The position numbers and the translations under genes were made by a program. A stretch of 64,000 nucleotides of DNA from Candidatus Eremiobacteria bacterium (GTDB lineage Bacteria > Vulcanimicrobiota > Vulcanimicrobiia > Vulcanimicrobiales > Vulcanimicrobiaceae), in NCBI GenBank assembly GCA_963758295.1, contig CAVWUU010000003.1, forward strand, positions 232,724-296,723, given 5' to 3'. Positions 39,565-51,537 of the stretch are shown here, piece after piece. The first letter of the stretch is position 1. The number at the start of each line of letters is the position of its first letter. Under the pieces are notes generated by a model, which ran no database searches, was not told where the DNA came from, and was given only the letters and a program-made list of their open reading frames with translations.

Positions 39565-40512
39565 ATGCGCGTAGCGGTCATTGGCGCCGGCGCAATTGGC
39601 GGATTTATCGCCGCGGCGTTGGCCCGTGCCGGCGTTGACGTCGGCGTCGTGGCTCGCGGTGCGCATCTGGAAGCAATAGGCCGGCGCGGCATCGAGGTCG
39701 TCTCAAGCGATCTCGGCGCGTTCACGGCGCCCGTGCGCGCTACCGAAGACCTTCGGCATCTCGGCCCGGTCGACGTAGCGTTGCTCACGTTCAAAGCACA
39801 TCAGTGGCCGATGCTGCTGCCGCAACTGCAGTCGCTCGCAAAAGCACACACGCCGATCGTCACGCTGCAGAACGGTGTCCCGTTTTGGTTCTTTCGCACA
39901 CCGCCGTTGCACACGGTCGATCCCAAAGGCAAAATCGGAACGGCATTCCCCGATTCCGCCGTGATCGGCGGCGTCGTGCATGTGTCCGGCCACATCGTCG
40001 AGCCGGGCAAGATCCACCAAAGCGGCGGCATGCGCTATTTGCTCGGTGAAGCCGACGGCTCGTCGTCGGATCGTGTCGCACAGTTGACGTCGGTCCTTCG
40101 CACCGCCGGTCTGAATGCCGAGGCCGATCCGAACATCCGCGAACGCGTGTGGCTGAAACTCACGAACAATGCTGGATTGAATCCGGTGAGCGCGCTCACC
40201 GGCCTCACGATTCGTCCGTTGCTCGAAAACAACGCGACCCGGACGGCCGTGCGGACGTTGATGCTGGAATCACTAGCGGTGGGCCGAGCGCTGCACGTGG
40301 TGAACGGCGTAAACGTCGAAGAGCGGATCAAGCTCGCGGAGCGCCTGAGCGACGTAAAAACCTCGATGCTGCAAGATCTCGAAGCGCATCGGCCGCTCGA
40401 GCTGGATCCGATTCTTGGAGCTATCGTCGAACTCGGCGATCGTCTTCACGTTCCGGTGCCGAACTTGCGGCACGCCTACGAAACATTGTGCGCCCGCTCG
40501 GGCATTGAATGA
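39565..40512 (+). CDS. panE: 2-dehydropantoate 2-reductase family
   Basis: GAGAIG, LQNG, W.KL..N, SMLQD....R.LE. Confidence 0.85.
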   Translation: MRVAVIGAGAIGGFIAAALARAGVDVGVVARGAHLEAIGRRGIEVVSSDLGAFTAPVRATEDLRHLGPVDVALLTFKAHQWPMLLPQLQSLAKAHTPIVTLQNGVPFWFFRTPPLHTVDPKGKIGTAFPDSAVIGGVVHVSGHIVEPGKIHQSGGMRYLLGEADGSSSDRVAQLTSVLRTAGLNAEADPNIRERVWLKLTNNAGLNPVSALTGLTIRPLLENNATRTAVRTLMLESLAVGRALHVVNGVNVEERIKLAERLSDVKTSMLQDLEAHRPLELDPILGAIVELGDRLHVPVPNLRHAYETLCARSGIE

Positions 40513-42555
40513 AGATCGAGGAGCTCGCCGGGGTCGGCGCAAAATCCGCTCCGCTCTTTCGCGATCTCGGTATCGCAACCGCGGAAGATTTGCTCGACTA
40601 CCTTCCGTTCCGCTACGAAGATTATCGGTTTCCAACGCCGTCAACGGTGCTGGGCGCTACAGGCGGTGAAGAGAATGCAGTCGGACACGTCGTTGCCGTA
40701 AAAGAGCGCCGCGCTCGCGACTTGGAAATCGTCGAATTGCGCATGCGCGACGACAGCGGCGATTTCACGGCGAAGTGGATCGGCCGAAAGCGGTATGTCG
40801 TCGGCCGGTTCACCGTAGGGATGCGGCTCTTCGTACGCGGGCGCGTCGAGCGGACTTTGGGCGGCGTGGTGGTCAACGTGAGTCACTACGCACAGCTCGG
40901 CGAAGACGAAGAGTACCAGGGCGAAATGGTGCCCGTGTATCGGGCGAGCAAGGATCTGACGACGCGGAAGATCGGCGCCGTCGTCGAGAAGAATCTTGCT
41001 AAACTGCTCGGTCTTGCGGGTGAAGACCCTCTGCCGCCATCGATCGCGAGTTCACATGGGTTCCCGGGATTGCGCGATGCTTATCGCGTCGATCCACGCG
41101 CCAAGCACCCCTGAAGAAGCGCAGGCCGCGCGCAAGCGATTCATTTTTTCGGAGTTCTTGGTCCTCGCCACGGCCGCGCAGTTGCGGCGCGCGGAACGGA
41201 GAGCGAGCACGATGCCGACGCCTTACGTGTGCCGCCCGGCTTGCTGGAAGAGTTTCGAAGCGCCTTGCCGTTCCCGCTCACCGGCGCGCAACAGCGCGTC
41301 GTCGCGAGAAATTTGGCAAGACATGACGCGCGACGTGCCGATGAACCGCCTACTGCAAGGCGACGTCGGAAGCGGAAAGACGCTTGTTGCCGCGGCTGCC
41401 GTGCTGCTCGCCGCGCGCAACGGCGTGCAGTCGGCGCTCATGGCGCCCACCGAGATTCTCGCTTCGCAACACGCCGCTAAACTCGCGCCGTTGCTTTTGC
41501 CGTTCGGGATCGCCGTGGAAGCGGTGTTCGGCAGCCAAGGCGCAGCGTTCGCGTAATGCCGCCGTCGACCGGCTTGCGAGCGGCGAAGCCGCGCTTGCGG
41601 TCGGCACGCACGCACTCATCACGGAAAGCGTGGAGTTCAAGCGGCTTGGGCTTGCGCTCATCGACGAGCAGCATCGGTTCGGCGTCGAACAACGCGCGCG
41701 TTTGCGCGCCAAAGGGATAGCGCCGCACACCCTGCACATGACGGCCACGCCGATTCCGCGCACGCTCGCGCAATCGGTCTATGCGGATCTCGACTTCTCG
41801 GTTATCGATGAATTGCCGCCGGGACGCACGCCGATCGAAACGTTTGCCATTCGCACCAGCCGCTTGGGCGAGGTGTACGAGTTCGTGCGAGCCAACGTCG
41901 AACGCGGCCATCAGGCGTACGTCGTTGCGCCCGCGATCGACGAAGAGAGCGAACTGACGAGCGTCGTTGCCGAGGCCGAACGGTTGAAGAACGACGTTTT
42001 GCCGGACTTGCGCATCGGCTTGCTGCACGGCCGTATGACGCCGCGCGAAAAAGACGAGGTCATGGAACGGTTCTCGCGGGGCGAAATGGACGTGCTGCTC
42101 GCAACGACGGTCGTGGAAGTGGGCGTCGACGTCCCGAACGCGAGCGTGATGGTGATCCTCGACGCTCAGCGTTACGGACTCGCGCAACTGCATCAGCTTC
42201 GTGGGCGCGTCGGCCGCGGCGCCGCGAAATCGTTTTGTCTGCTGGTGTACCCGGAGGAACGGCCGAAAGCGAACGGCTGGCGATCCTTACCGAATCGACG
42301 CGACGGCTTCGCGATTGCCGAAGAAGACCTGCGCATCCGCGGGCCGGGCGAATTCGCGGGCACGGTGCAGTCGGGCGGCGGCCGAGCTGCGCCTCGGCGA
42401 CTTGATCGCCGACATCGACGTGTATCGCGAAGCCAAGGCGGAAGCGGAACGCATCGTCGCTGCCGATCCGGAGCTTGCGTGTCGCCGAGCACGCCGGCCT
42501 GCGGGCCGTGCTCGCGCGCGAGCCCTCGACGCGCTCGCTGGTTCTATCTTCCTAA
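40509..42555 (+). CDS. recG: ATP-dependent DNA helicase RecG (several frameshifts, probably sequencing errors)
   Basis: P.RYED, MNRLLQGDVGSGKT, DEQHRFGV, TATPIPRTL, QLHQLRGRVGRG, DL.IRGPGE spread over different frames. Confidence 0.9.
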
Positions 42556-42624
42556 AGGGCCTGTCGGCCTGCACCAAAATCTCTCCTGGAAATTCCCGGC
42601 ATTAGACGAAGGAGCTCGACTCGG

Positions 42625-45306
42625 GTGAAGATCGTTGCGTTTTCTACTCGCCCTGCTTGCCATTGGCCTTGGCGTCGGCAGTCACCGCGGCTGCCGGCGC
42701 GTGCGGCAGCAGACGTTACGCGTGCGACGTTGCCAAACGGCCTGCAAGTCGTCGTCGTGCGACGATCCGCTCGCGCCGGTTGTCACGACGATGCTGAATT
42801 ATAAGCGTCGGCTCGAACGAGCAGACGCTACGACGGTCAAGCGCACGCCCTCGAACACATGATGTTCCGCGGAAGTCGAAGACGCTTACCGAATCGCAGC
42901 TCTCTGATATCAGCGAGCTGCTCGGCGGCAACTACGACGCCGATACGCAGTCCGAAGTCACGCAATACTATTTCACGGCGCCCTCGCAGTATCTCGATCT
43001 GCTGCTGCGCATGGAGGCGTCGCGCATGCGCGGGGCGCTCCTGAGCCAAAAAGAGTGGAACATCGAGAACGCGGCGCGATCACCCAAGAAGTGACGCAGG
43101 ATAATTCGAGCCCGATCTGCCGCTTGTTCATGGACGATGCACCACGGCGCTGTACGCCGGATCGCCGTACGCGAAAAATGGTCTCGGCACGCAGCAGGGC
43201 TTCGCGCACGTCATCAACGCGCAGAAACTTCGCGCGTTCTACAATACTTGGTATCATCCGAACAACGCCGTGCTCGTTATCGCGGGCGACGTCGACGGGC
43301 CCTCGACGATCGCGGGAGTGCGCAAGTACTTCTCGGCGTTTCCGGCCGCGAAGCTTCCGGCGCGTCCGGCAGTGCATCTGCAGAGCGCTGAAGTCGAAGA
43401 CGATCACGCGTCGACAGCGATCAGCCGGTCACGATTGTCGGCCTGGCATTCCGCTTTCCCGGCTGGACGGCGAAAGACTACGAAGCCACGCAAGTGCTGC
43501 AATCGGTCCTGGATAACCAGCGCGCCGATCTATACGGGCTGGTCGCGTCGGGCAAACTGCTATACGCGGGCCTGCAACAGCTTGACTCGCATCCCGAAGC
43601 TTCCGGCACGGTGCTTTTCGGCGTCATTCCGGCATCCGCGAAACCGGATACCGCGATCGCGCCGATGCGCGCGGTCATCGAAGCTTACAAGAAGAACGGC
43701 GTGCCGGCCGACCTCGTGGAGGTCGCGAAAGCGCCGCGCCGTGGCGGACAACGAGTATAAGGCCAATTCGATCGAGCAGCTCGCGAACGAGTGGAGCGAA
43801 GCGGTCGCCGTCGAAGGCCGTACCGTCTCCCGATTCCGAGCTCGCCGAAATCAAAGCCGTCACGGTCGACGACGTGAATCGCGTGCTGCGCAAGTACGTT
43901 GATTTCAATCGCATGATCGTCGCGCAAGCGGTTCCGAAGAATCTCGGCAAGGTCAGCTCGAACCCCCCGCCGCCGGCCGCCCAAGAAAACGCCAAGGTCG
44001 ACGATCCTGCATCACGATCCGCTGCCTTCATGGGCGATTGCGGCGTTCAAGAATCTGCAGGTTCCCAAGCAAAGCGCCAACCCGACGGACATGACGCTTT
44101 CGAACGGCATGCGTTTGATCGTCGTGCCGGAACACGTTTCGCACACCGTCGTCGTTTCGGGCATGATCAACTCCAACGAGCAGATCCAAGCGCCGAAGGA
44201 AATGCAGGGCGTTTCCGACATCACCACACAGCTGCTGCCTTTCGGAACGACGACGTACGATCGCATCGCGCTTCGCAAGCAGCTCGATGACATCGCGGCT
44301 GAAGTCGAAGGCGGCACGCAGTTCTCGCTGACTACCCTAAGCGATCAGTTCGACCGCGGCGTGGCGTTGCTCGCCGATGAAGAATTGCATCCGGCATTTC
44401 CGTCGGCCGCCTTTGCGACGCTCCAGCAGCAAGAAGTGCAGTCGCTTCAAGGCGAGGTCACTTCGCCCGACTACCTCTTTCAGGTAGCGCTGAACAAGGC
44501 GCTTTATCCGGCCGGCGACCCCACACAGATTTTCGCCACGCCACAGACCGCAGGCGCCGTGACGATGGACGCGGTGAAGAAGTGGTACGCCGACGTCTAT
44601 CGCCCGGACATGACCTCGGTGGTCGTGGTCGGCGACGTAACGCCGGAACAAGCAAAGGCGACGTTCGAAAAATACTTCGCGGGCTGGAAAGCCGGCGGAG
44701 TCAAACCCGACGTCTTCTTGCCGGCGGTGCCGCCGAATAAAGCGGCCGACGTCGTGGTTCCCGACGCCGCACGCATTCAGTCGCAAGTGCAGCTCGCGCA
44801 AACCAACGGCCTGACGCGCGGCGACGCCGATTGGGCGGCAATGGCCGTTGCCAATGCCGCTTTCGGTGCTTCGGCAACGTCGATTCTGTTCCACGACGTG
44901 CGCGACGTGCACGGTCTCGTGTACGGGATCTACAGCGAACTCGACGGACGCAAAAATCGCGGCAGCTTCCAGATTCAGTTCGCGTCGGATCCGGACAAGA
45001 TCAATGCGGCGCAATCGCTCACGTTCAACGATCTCAATGCCTTGATGCGCAACGGCATCGGCGCCGACGATCTTGCCCGTGGCAAAACGATGCTCGTATC
45101 CGAGGTGCCGATTCACGCGCAAAGCTTCAACGGCATCGCCAACCAGTTGCTCAACTACGCGCAGTTGAATCTGCCGTTGGATCAGGCGACGATCGATGCG
45201 CAGCGTGAAGTCGGCTACGACGAACACCGACATCCTCGCCGTGTTGAAGAAGTGGGTTCGCCCGAACGACTTCGTTCGCGTGATCCTCGGTCCGGGGCCG
45301 AAGTAA
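42625..45306 (+). CDS. M16 family zinc peptidase (pitrilysin-like), multiple frameshifts
   Basis: AHALEHMMFRGS (HxxEH) across a frameshift, WYHPNNA, TLSNG, YRPD; start approximate. Confidence 0.8.
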
Positions 45307-45312
45307 GGACGG

Positions 45313-46015
45313 ATGGCGCAGCGTTCATTCGCCGTCGGATTCGATATCGATCACACGCTCTGCATAGACAACAAGCTGGAGCGCGTCGCGTTCCTGCATC
45401 TGCTGGAACGCATCGTTGAAGACGGCGGTGCGCCGCACGGGAGTCTTGCCGACGAGATCGCGGAGATCGACGCCTTGCTCGTCACGCAACGCGGCGGTGC
45501 AATGTCGATCGAAGATGCCGTGCGGCACTTTGTCTCCGAACGCGGTGTGACGCCGAACGAAGACTACGTCGACGGCTTCAAGCGCATGGCGTTACAAATG
45601 GTCGCCGTCGTTCATCGTGCCCGCCCCGGACGCAAAAGCGACGCTCGACGAGTTGAAGGCTCGCGGCGTGCCGATGGCCGTGCTGAGTAACGGCTGGAAT
45701 CCGCTGCAGGTCGTAAAGGCGAGGCGCGCCGGCTTCACGGGCGAGGTCCTTGCAAGCGGCGACCTCGGCGTTCAGAAGCCCGAGCCGGAAGCGTTTCGCG
45801 CTCTCATCGCGGCACTCGGCGTCGCGCCCGAGCGTTGTTACTACGTCGGCGACGATCCCGCCGCAGATATCGGCGGCGCGGTGTCCGCCGGGCTGCAGGC
45901 GGTGTGGATAGATAATGAAGGCAAAAGCTATCCGCGCGATCTGCCGCCGGCGCCGCGCTCCATTGCCTCGCTCAGCGAATTACTCTCTCTTCTCCCCGCT
46001 GTGGTAGCCTCATGA
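45313..46015 (+). CDS. HAD family hydrolase, frameshift near 45605
   Basis: FDIDHTL, LSN, KP, YVGD...DI. Confidence 0.8.
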
Positions 46016-46550
46016 GTCCAAAGATCACCGGCGGTTCGTTGAACAGCCGAAAGTTGAAATCGCCGAAGGGCATGAACGTGCGTCCGACGCCGGGTCGCGT
46101 GAAGGAGTCGCTTTTTTCCATCTTGATGCCGCGCATGGACGGCGCACGTGTGCTCGATCTTTTCGCCGGCACCGGCGCGATCGGGTTCGAAGCAGCCTCG
46201 CGCGGCGCTTCGCGCGTCGTGTCGGTAGAAGCGCACCGGGAAACGGCGCATGCAATTGAAGAAGCGGCGCAGACAACTCGGCTTGTCGGACCGCTTGACG
46301 GTCATCGCTGCGCCTGCGGAAAGAGCGCTGTACCGCGTCGAAGGCCCGTTCGACATCGTGTACATGGACCCGCCGTATGCCGAACGATGTGCCGCTGCAA
46401 GTCTTCCGCCTGCTGCTCGAGCGAGCGCTGTTGGCGCCGGATGCGCTCGTGATTTATGAACACGCCGCCAAGCGAATTCTTCCCGACATACCGGGGTATC
46501 GCTCCACGCGCGAAGAAGTATACGGCGATGTCGCGTTGGCATTTTTCTAA
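46012..46550 (+). CDS. rsmD: 16S rRNA m2G966 methyltransferase RsmD (frameshifted)
   Basis: RPT..RVKESLF, LDLFAGTGA.G.EA.SRGA, DPPY. Confidence 0.88.
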
Positions 46551-46565
46551 CGCGGCCGGAGGCTC

Positions 46566-47073
46566 GTGAATAACGGAATCCGACCGCGCAGCACGCGGGC
46601 ACATCTATCCCGGATCGTTCGATCCACCGACGAACGGTCACCTCGACGTCATCGAACGCGCCGCCGGCGTTTTCAACGAACTCATCGTCGCCGTCGTCGT
46701 TAATCCGCAGAAGCGAAATTCCATGTTCTCGCTCGAGGATCGGACCGCAATGTTAGAACAATGCGTCGCCCATCTTCCGAACGTGCGCGTAGCGCATTTC
46801 CGCGGACTTCTCGCCGATTACGTGAAGACGCAAGAGGCGGATGTCATCGTAAAGGGGCTGCGGGTTGTCTCGGATTTTGAAAGCGAGATGTCCACAGCAT
46901 TGATGAACCGCTCGCTGGCCAACGTCGATACGCTCTTTCTGATGTCGGATGCAAAGTATTCGTTCGTCAGCTCGAGCTTGGTTAAAGAAGTGTTCTTTCT
47001 TGGCGGCGACGTTGCGCGCGTACGTTCCCGACCCGGTTTTGCGCCTTATGTCGAAAAAGCGCGCCGGTCTTAG
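46566..47073 (+). CDS. coaD: Phosphopantetheine adenylyltransferase (frameshifts near both ends)
   Basis: IYPGSFDPPTNGHLD from 46603, KGLR..SDFE, SSSLVKE. Confidence 0.92.
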
Positions 47074-47094
47074 CTCATCGTAACGGAGGTTCCC

Positions 47095-47670
47095 ATGTCG
47101 GTTTATCGCGTGTTGGACAAACTCGAAGCCTACGTTCATGAAGGAACGTGGCTTCCCGCTGGTTACCGGGTGCTTTCAGAAGAGAAGCTGATCGAGTACG
47201 TAGAGAAGGTTCGCGCCTCGCTTCCGGAGGAAGTCGGCCGCGCGAAGATCATCGCGAAGGATCAGGAGCGCGTCATGCGCGCGGCTCAAGAAAAGGCGCA
47301 GGCAATCGTCGAACAGGCGGCGAGCGTACACGAAGAACTCGTCGATCAAAACGAGATCGTGATGCGCGCGCGGACGACCGCTGAAGCGGTGCTGCGAGAT
47401 GCCGAAGAGCGCGCCAGAAAAGTGCGCGAGGGCGCAGACTACTACGCCGCGCAGGTGCTCCAGGAAATGGAGGCGCGCCTGGCATCGGCGCTCGGGTCCG
47501 TACAAAAGGGCAAACAGGCGCTTTCTCAGCAGAAGCCCGCTCCAACGCCGGCTGCCGTTTCACAGCCGCTGGCGGATGCGGCTGCAAAGAGTAAACGCGC
47601 CGCCTTCGATTTAGAAGCCGCGGAAGAGACGACCGCGATGGTCTCCGTCGAGGCCGTTCGCGTCTTGTAA
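47095..47670 (+). CDS. Conserved coiled-coil protein typically found downstream of coaD
   Basis: GGAGG RBS, R..LPEE, GAD.YA pattern. Confidence 0.75.
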   Translation: MSVYRVLDKLEAYVHEGTWLPAGYRVLSEEKLIEYVEKVRASLPEEVGRAKIIAKDQERVMRAAQEKAQAIVEQAASVHEELVDQNEIVMRARTTAEAVLRDAEERARKVREGADYYAAQVLQEMEARLASALGSVQKGKQALSQQKPAPTPAAVSQPLADAAAKSKRAAFDLEAAEETTAMVSVEAVRVL

Positions 47671-47671
47671 A

Positions 47672-48088
47672 ATGCGACGGATATTAGCGGCGCTCGCGCT
47701 TTCGATCGCGTGCGCCATACCGGCGGCGGCCGACGAAACGTCGGGCGTCGCCGGCACTGTCGTCGACTTGGACCATAACCGTCCGCTGGTCAACGCGGAG
47801 ATCGGCATCTATCCCTTGCCGCTTCGCGCCGATACTATGCCGATTGCAACCGCGGTTACGAACAAAGACGGGTTCTTCAGCAACATCACGCTGGTTCCGG
47901 GCCGCTACCTCATCACCGCAAACGTGATGGGCATGCACTCGAGTTGCGAATTTGAAGAGCTTTACCACGGCGTCGTCACGCACGTGCGAATCGAACTCTC
48001 GTTCAAGGGTGAACGCTGCATCGGCAAAAACATCCGCAGCTCACTCGTCGTCCCCGGGCAACCCGCCGACGTCTACATCGTCCACTGA
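47672..48088 (+). CDS. Secreted carboxypeptidase-regulatory-like domain protein
   Basis: Signal peptide, G.V.D, T..DG.F, L.PG.Y. Confidence 0.7.
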   Translation: MRRILAALALSIACAIPAAADETSGVAGTVVDLDHNRPLVNAEIGIYPLPLRADTMPIATAVTNKDGFFSNITLVPGRYLITANVMGMHSSCEFEELYHGVVTHVRIELSFKGERCIGKNIRSSLVVPGQPADVYIVH

Positions 48089-48131
48089 TTTTTCGTCAGG
48101 CTGCGCTCGTCGAGGGCCCCACCGTCACAAC

Positions 48132-48686
48132 TTAAACCGGGGTAATGCGCACCATGCAGGCGAGGGAGTTGGGTGAAGGCGAGATGTCGATGCGGTCTTC
48201 GTCGTCTTCAATGTAGACGGTGTCGGCGGTTTTGCATTGGAGGCCCCCGACATTCGCTTCGCCGCGTAAGATGAACACAAAAGCCAGTTCATCGTCGTCG
48301 AGAATGAAACGCTGCGAATCTGAAACTATTTCGACGTCGTGACCGAGTTCGTCGCGGCGCGTCATCACGTTGAAGTCACGTGCGCTCCCCTGAACGGTGC
48401 ACGTCACGCGGGCTTCGCCGCGAAAGTCGTACGGCTCGCCCTGCACCAGCGAAACGAGTTTCCCGTTCACGTCCAAGTCGACCGGGTCGCCGTCGATTGC
48501 CACGATCGTGCGGTCGTAGCCGCTGTAATCGGAGAACGGGCCGCTGCGGTCGATGAGCGCGACGGAGATGCGCCAGCCGGGCGGCGTTTCTTCGTCGGCG
48601 GCAATCTCCCATGACGTCCCGCCGCCGTTTTTCCACGGCTTTTCCGGCACGTCGCTAAGGCTGATGATCTCCATCGGCACTGCCAT
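48132..48686 (-). CDS. HutD/Ves family protein
   Basis: PWKNGGG.S.EI, WRIS.A, GPFS, DFNVM. Confidence 0.88.
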   Translation of the reverse strand: MAVPMEIISLSDVPEKPWKNGGGTSWEIAADEETPPGWRISVALIDRSGPFSDYSGYDRTIVAIDGDPVDLDVNGKLVSLVQGEPYDFRGEARVTCTVQGSARDFNVMTRRDELGHDVEIVSDSQRFILDDDELAFVFILRGEANVGGLQCKTADTVYIEDDEDRIDISPSPNSLACMVRITPV

Positions 48687-48790
48687 TACGCTTGAGAAGA
48701 ACGCAACTTTTCTAGGCGAGGGCTCGCCAAGACGCTTCCTTGCCAAGCCGGAATGGAACCGCACACGCAGTATACTAAGCTCGAAGAGCC

Positions 48791-51537
48791 GTGGGAGGCA
48801 TTTCGTTGCAAGCGACTATTCCAACCGGTACGGTAACATTTCTTTTTACGGACATCGAGGGGAGTACGCGGCTCTGGGAGCTGCATCCCGAGTCGATGCA
48901 GCTGGCGCTTTCGCAACATGACCGGCTGCTCCACGAAGCGATAAATAAAAACAACGGCTACGTTTTCAAAACGGTCGGCGATGCTTTTTGCGCCGCGTTT
49001 ACGGAACCGAACGATGCGGTGAATGCAGCGCTCGGTGCACAGCTCGCATTGCACGATGCGCAATGGCCCGACACCGGGCCGCTCTTCGTGAGAATGTGCA
49101 TTCACAGCGGTTCGTCGCACCTGCGCGACAACGACTACTTCGGCCCCACGTTAAATCGCACGGCGCGTCTGCTCGCTATCGTCAAGGGCGGGCAAGTCGT
49201 TCTTTCGCAGGCGACACAGCAACTGGTTCAAGATCGGTTGCCGCATGGATCGCAACTCGAAGAACTGGGCGACTTCACGCTCAAAGACTTGAAGCGCCCG
49301 GAGCGTGCGTATCGGTTAACCTTCGAAGGCATGGCGGCGTCGCCGGGCGTCACGGTCTCGGCCGCTTTGCCGTGGGCGATGCCGCACGAACTTTCGGCTT
49401 TCGTCGGCCGCAAATCTGAGCTCGATGCACTCGCTGAAAAACTGCGCACGCATCGCATGGTAACGATCTCCGGTCCGGGCGGCGTCGGGAAGACCCGCCT
49501 TGCCGTGCGCCTCGCATCGCAAGAACGGGAACGTTTCACCGGCGGAACGGCGTTTGCCGATTTGACGCCGGCCAAGAGCGAGAGCGAAGCCATCGCGATT
49601 TTATCGAAGGCATGCGGCGCACGTTCCGCAGTCCCGGACCTAAATGCGATCGCGCAGACGATTGGCCACGCACCCATGCTGCTCGTGCTCGACAATTGCG
49701 AACACGTCCTGGACGTTGCGCGTCACACGGCCAGAACGCTTTTACAAGAAGCTCCCGACGTAACAATCTTGGCGACGAGCCGCGAACCCTTGCACCTTGC
49801 GGGCGAGCAAATCTTCGACCTGTGGCCGCTAGCGGTTCCAACTGAAAACGCCACGCTAGCACAGCTGTTACAAAATGACTCGGTGCAATTACTGTTGAGT
49901 CATGCGTCGCTTGATTCCAGCTATGCACAGCATCGGGAAAATGCTCGCGCGATCGGCCAGCTCTGCCGGCATCTCGACGGCATTCCGCTGGCCTTGGAAC
50001 TCGCAGCAGCGCGCTTGCGGACGCTTTCGCCGCATCAGATCGTCGAACGGCTGAACCGGCGTTTTGCATTGCTTACGGTCGGTGATAAAACCGGGCCCTC
50101 GCATCATTGGACGCTGGCGCGCGCCATCGACTGGAGTTACGAGCAGTTGCAATCGCAGGAACGTGAACTCTATTCACGCCTGACGGTCTTTGAATCGCCC
50201 TTTACGTTGGATGCGGTCGAAGCCGTCTGCTCCAGCGACTCCGTACCGCTTGAAGATGTGATGGACATCCTATCGCAGCTCACGGACAAGTCGTTCTTAC
50301 GCTACGATAGGAAAAGTGAGCGTTATCAATTCCTCGAAACGCTGCGCGCGTATGCGCTTGAACGGTTGGAAGAATGCCAGCTTCCTACGTTGCGCGCACG
50401 GCATGCGGAGTTCTTCCGGGGCGTCGTTACTTGCGAACATCTCGACGCAACCGCAAACGCCGCGTGGCTTGAAGATATCGACGAATCGCTCGCCGACGTG
50501 CATGCCGCGATGCAGCATGCGATTGTCCAGGATGCCGACGCAGCGCTGGAAATGGGCTTGGCATTACGGCTGTTCTGGATTATCCGCGGATACTACGATG
50601 CGGGGCATGCGATGTTGCGGGCGGCGGAAAGAGCGAAGCGCGATGAAGTTGCGGCGCTTCCCGGACGTGCGACGATGCTTGCATCGGCGGCTTTGCTTTC
50701 AAACTCCATGGGCCACCACGAAGATGCGATAGCGGAGGTCGAAGAAGCCCGCCAGTTGTTCGCGGCCTGCGATGACCGGCGTGGCTTAGCGCAGGCGACG
50801 AACACGCTCGGGACCATCTACGACGCGAAGGGAGAACAGCAGCAGGCCTACGCGCTTTTTCAGAAGGCCGCGGAGCTTTATGACGAGTGCGGTGAATTCC
50901 GGCGTAGCGCCATGCCACTGCTCAACCTAGGACTTCTCGCCGCGGATTTCGGCGATTTAAATGAAGCGGAGCGCCATTTGCGCGCGGCGGCCCGCCGCGC
51001 CGGCGACGCAGGCGACATTCGCGTTGCCGCCTGGGCAGAAGGTGCGCTCGGCGAGGTCGCTGCTTCGCGTAGCAATTGCGACGACGCGAAACATCACTAT
51101 ATGCGATGGATCGAGCAAAGCCGTTCGCTCGGCGATAAGGCGAGCATCTGCACGGCTTTAACGCACATGGGCGAGCTGGCCGTAGAAATTTCGGAATGCG
51201 GCGTCGATCCCATCCCACTTTTTAGCGAGGCGCTGACGATAGCGACGGAACACACCCTTTTACTGCCGCTCTCCGGCGTATTCGAAGGTATCGCGCGGGT
51301 AGCTTTGCGATCGCGGGATGCCGAACGAGCGGCGATACTTCTTGCGGCGGCCGATTCTTTGCGAGCGAAGAGCCGCAATCTCCCCCGCGCATCGGAACGG
51401 CGGCATCGCGAAGAAGTAGTAGCGGCCGGGCGCGCACTGAACGCTCCGGAGTTCGATGCGGCCTATGAAAAAACCGGTCCATACGCGCCGACACGGCGGT
51501 ACAGACCGGCTTCGAAGCCCTCGCGGGAGCGGATTAG
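48791..51537 (+). CDS. Class III nucleotide cyclase + STAND ATPase + TPR protein; probable frameshift near 51470-51480
   Basis: FTDIEGST, GDAF, N..AR; GPGGVGKT, LLVLDNCEH, DGIPLALELAA; alternative frame ends ...FEALAGAD* at 51537. Confidence 0.88.
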
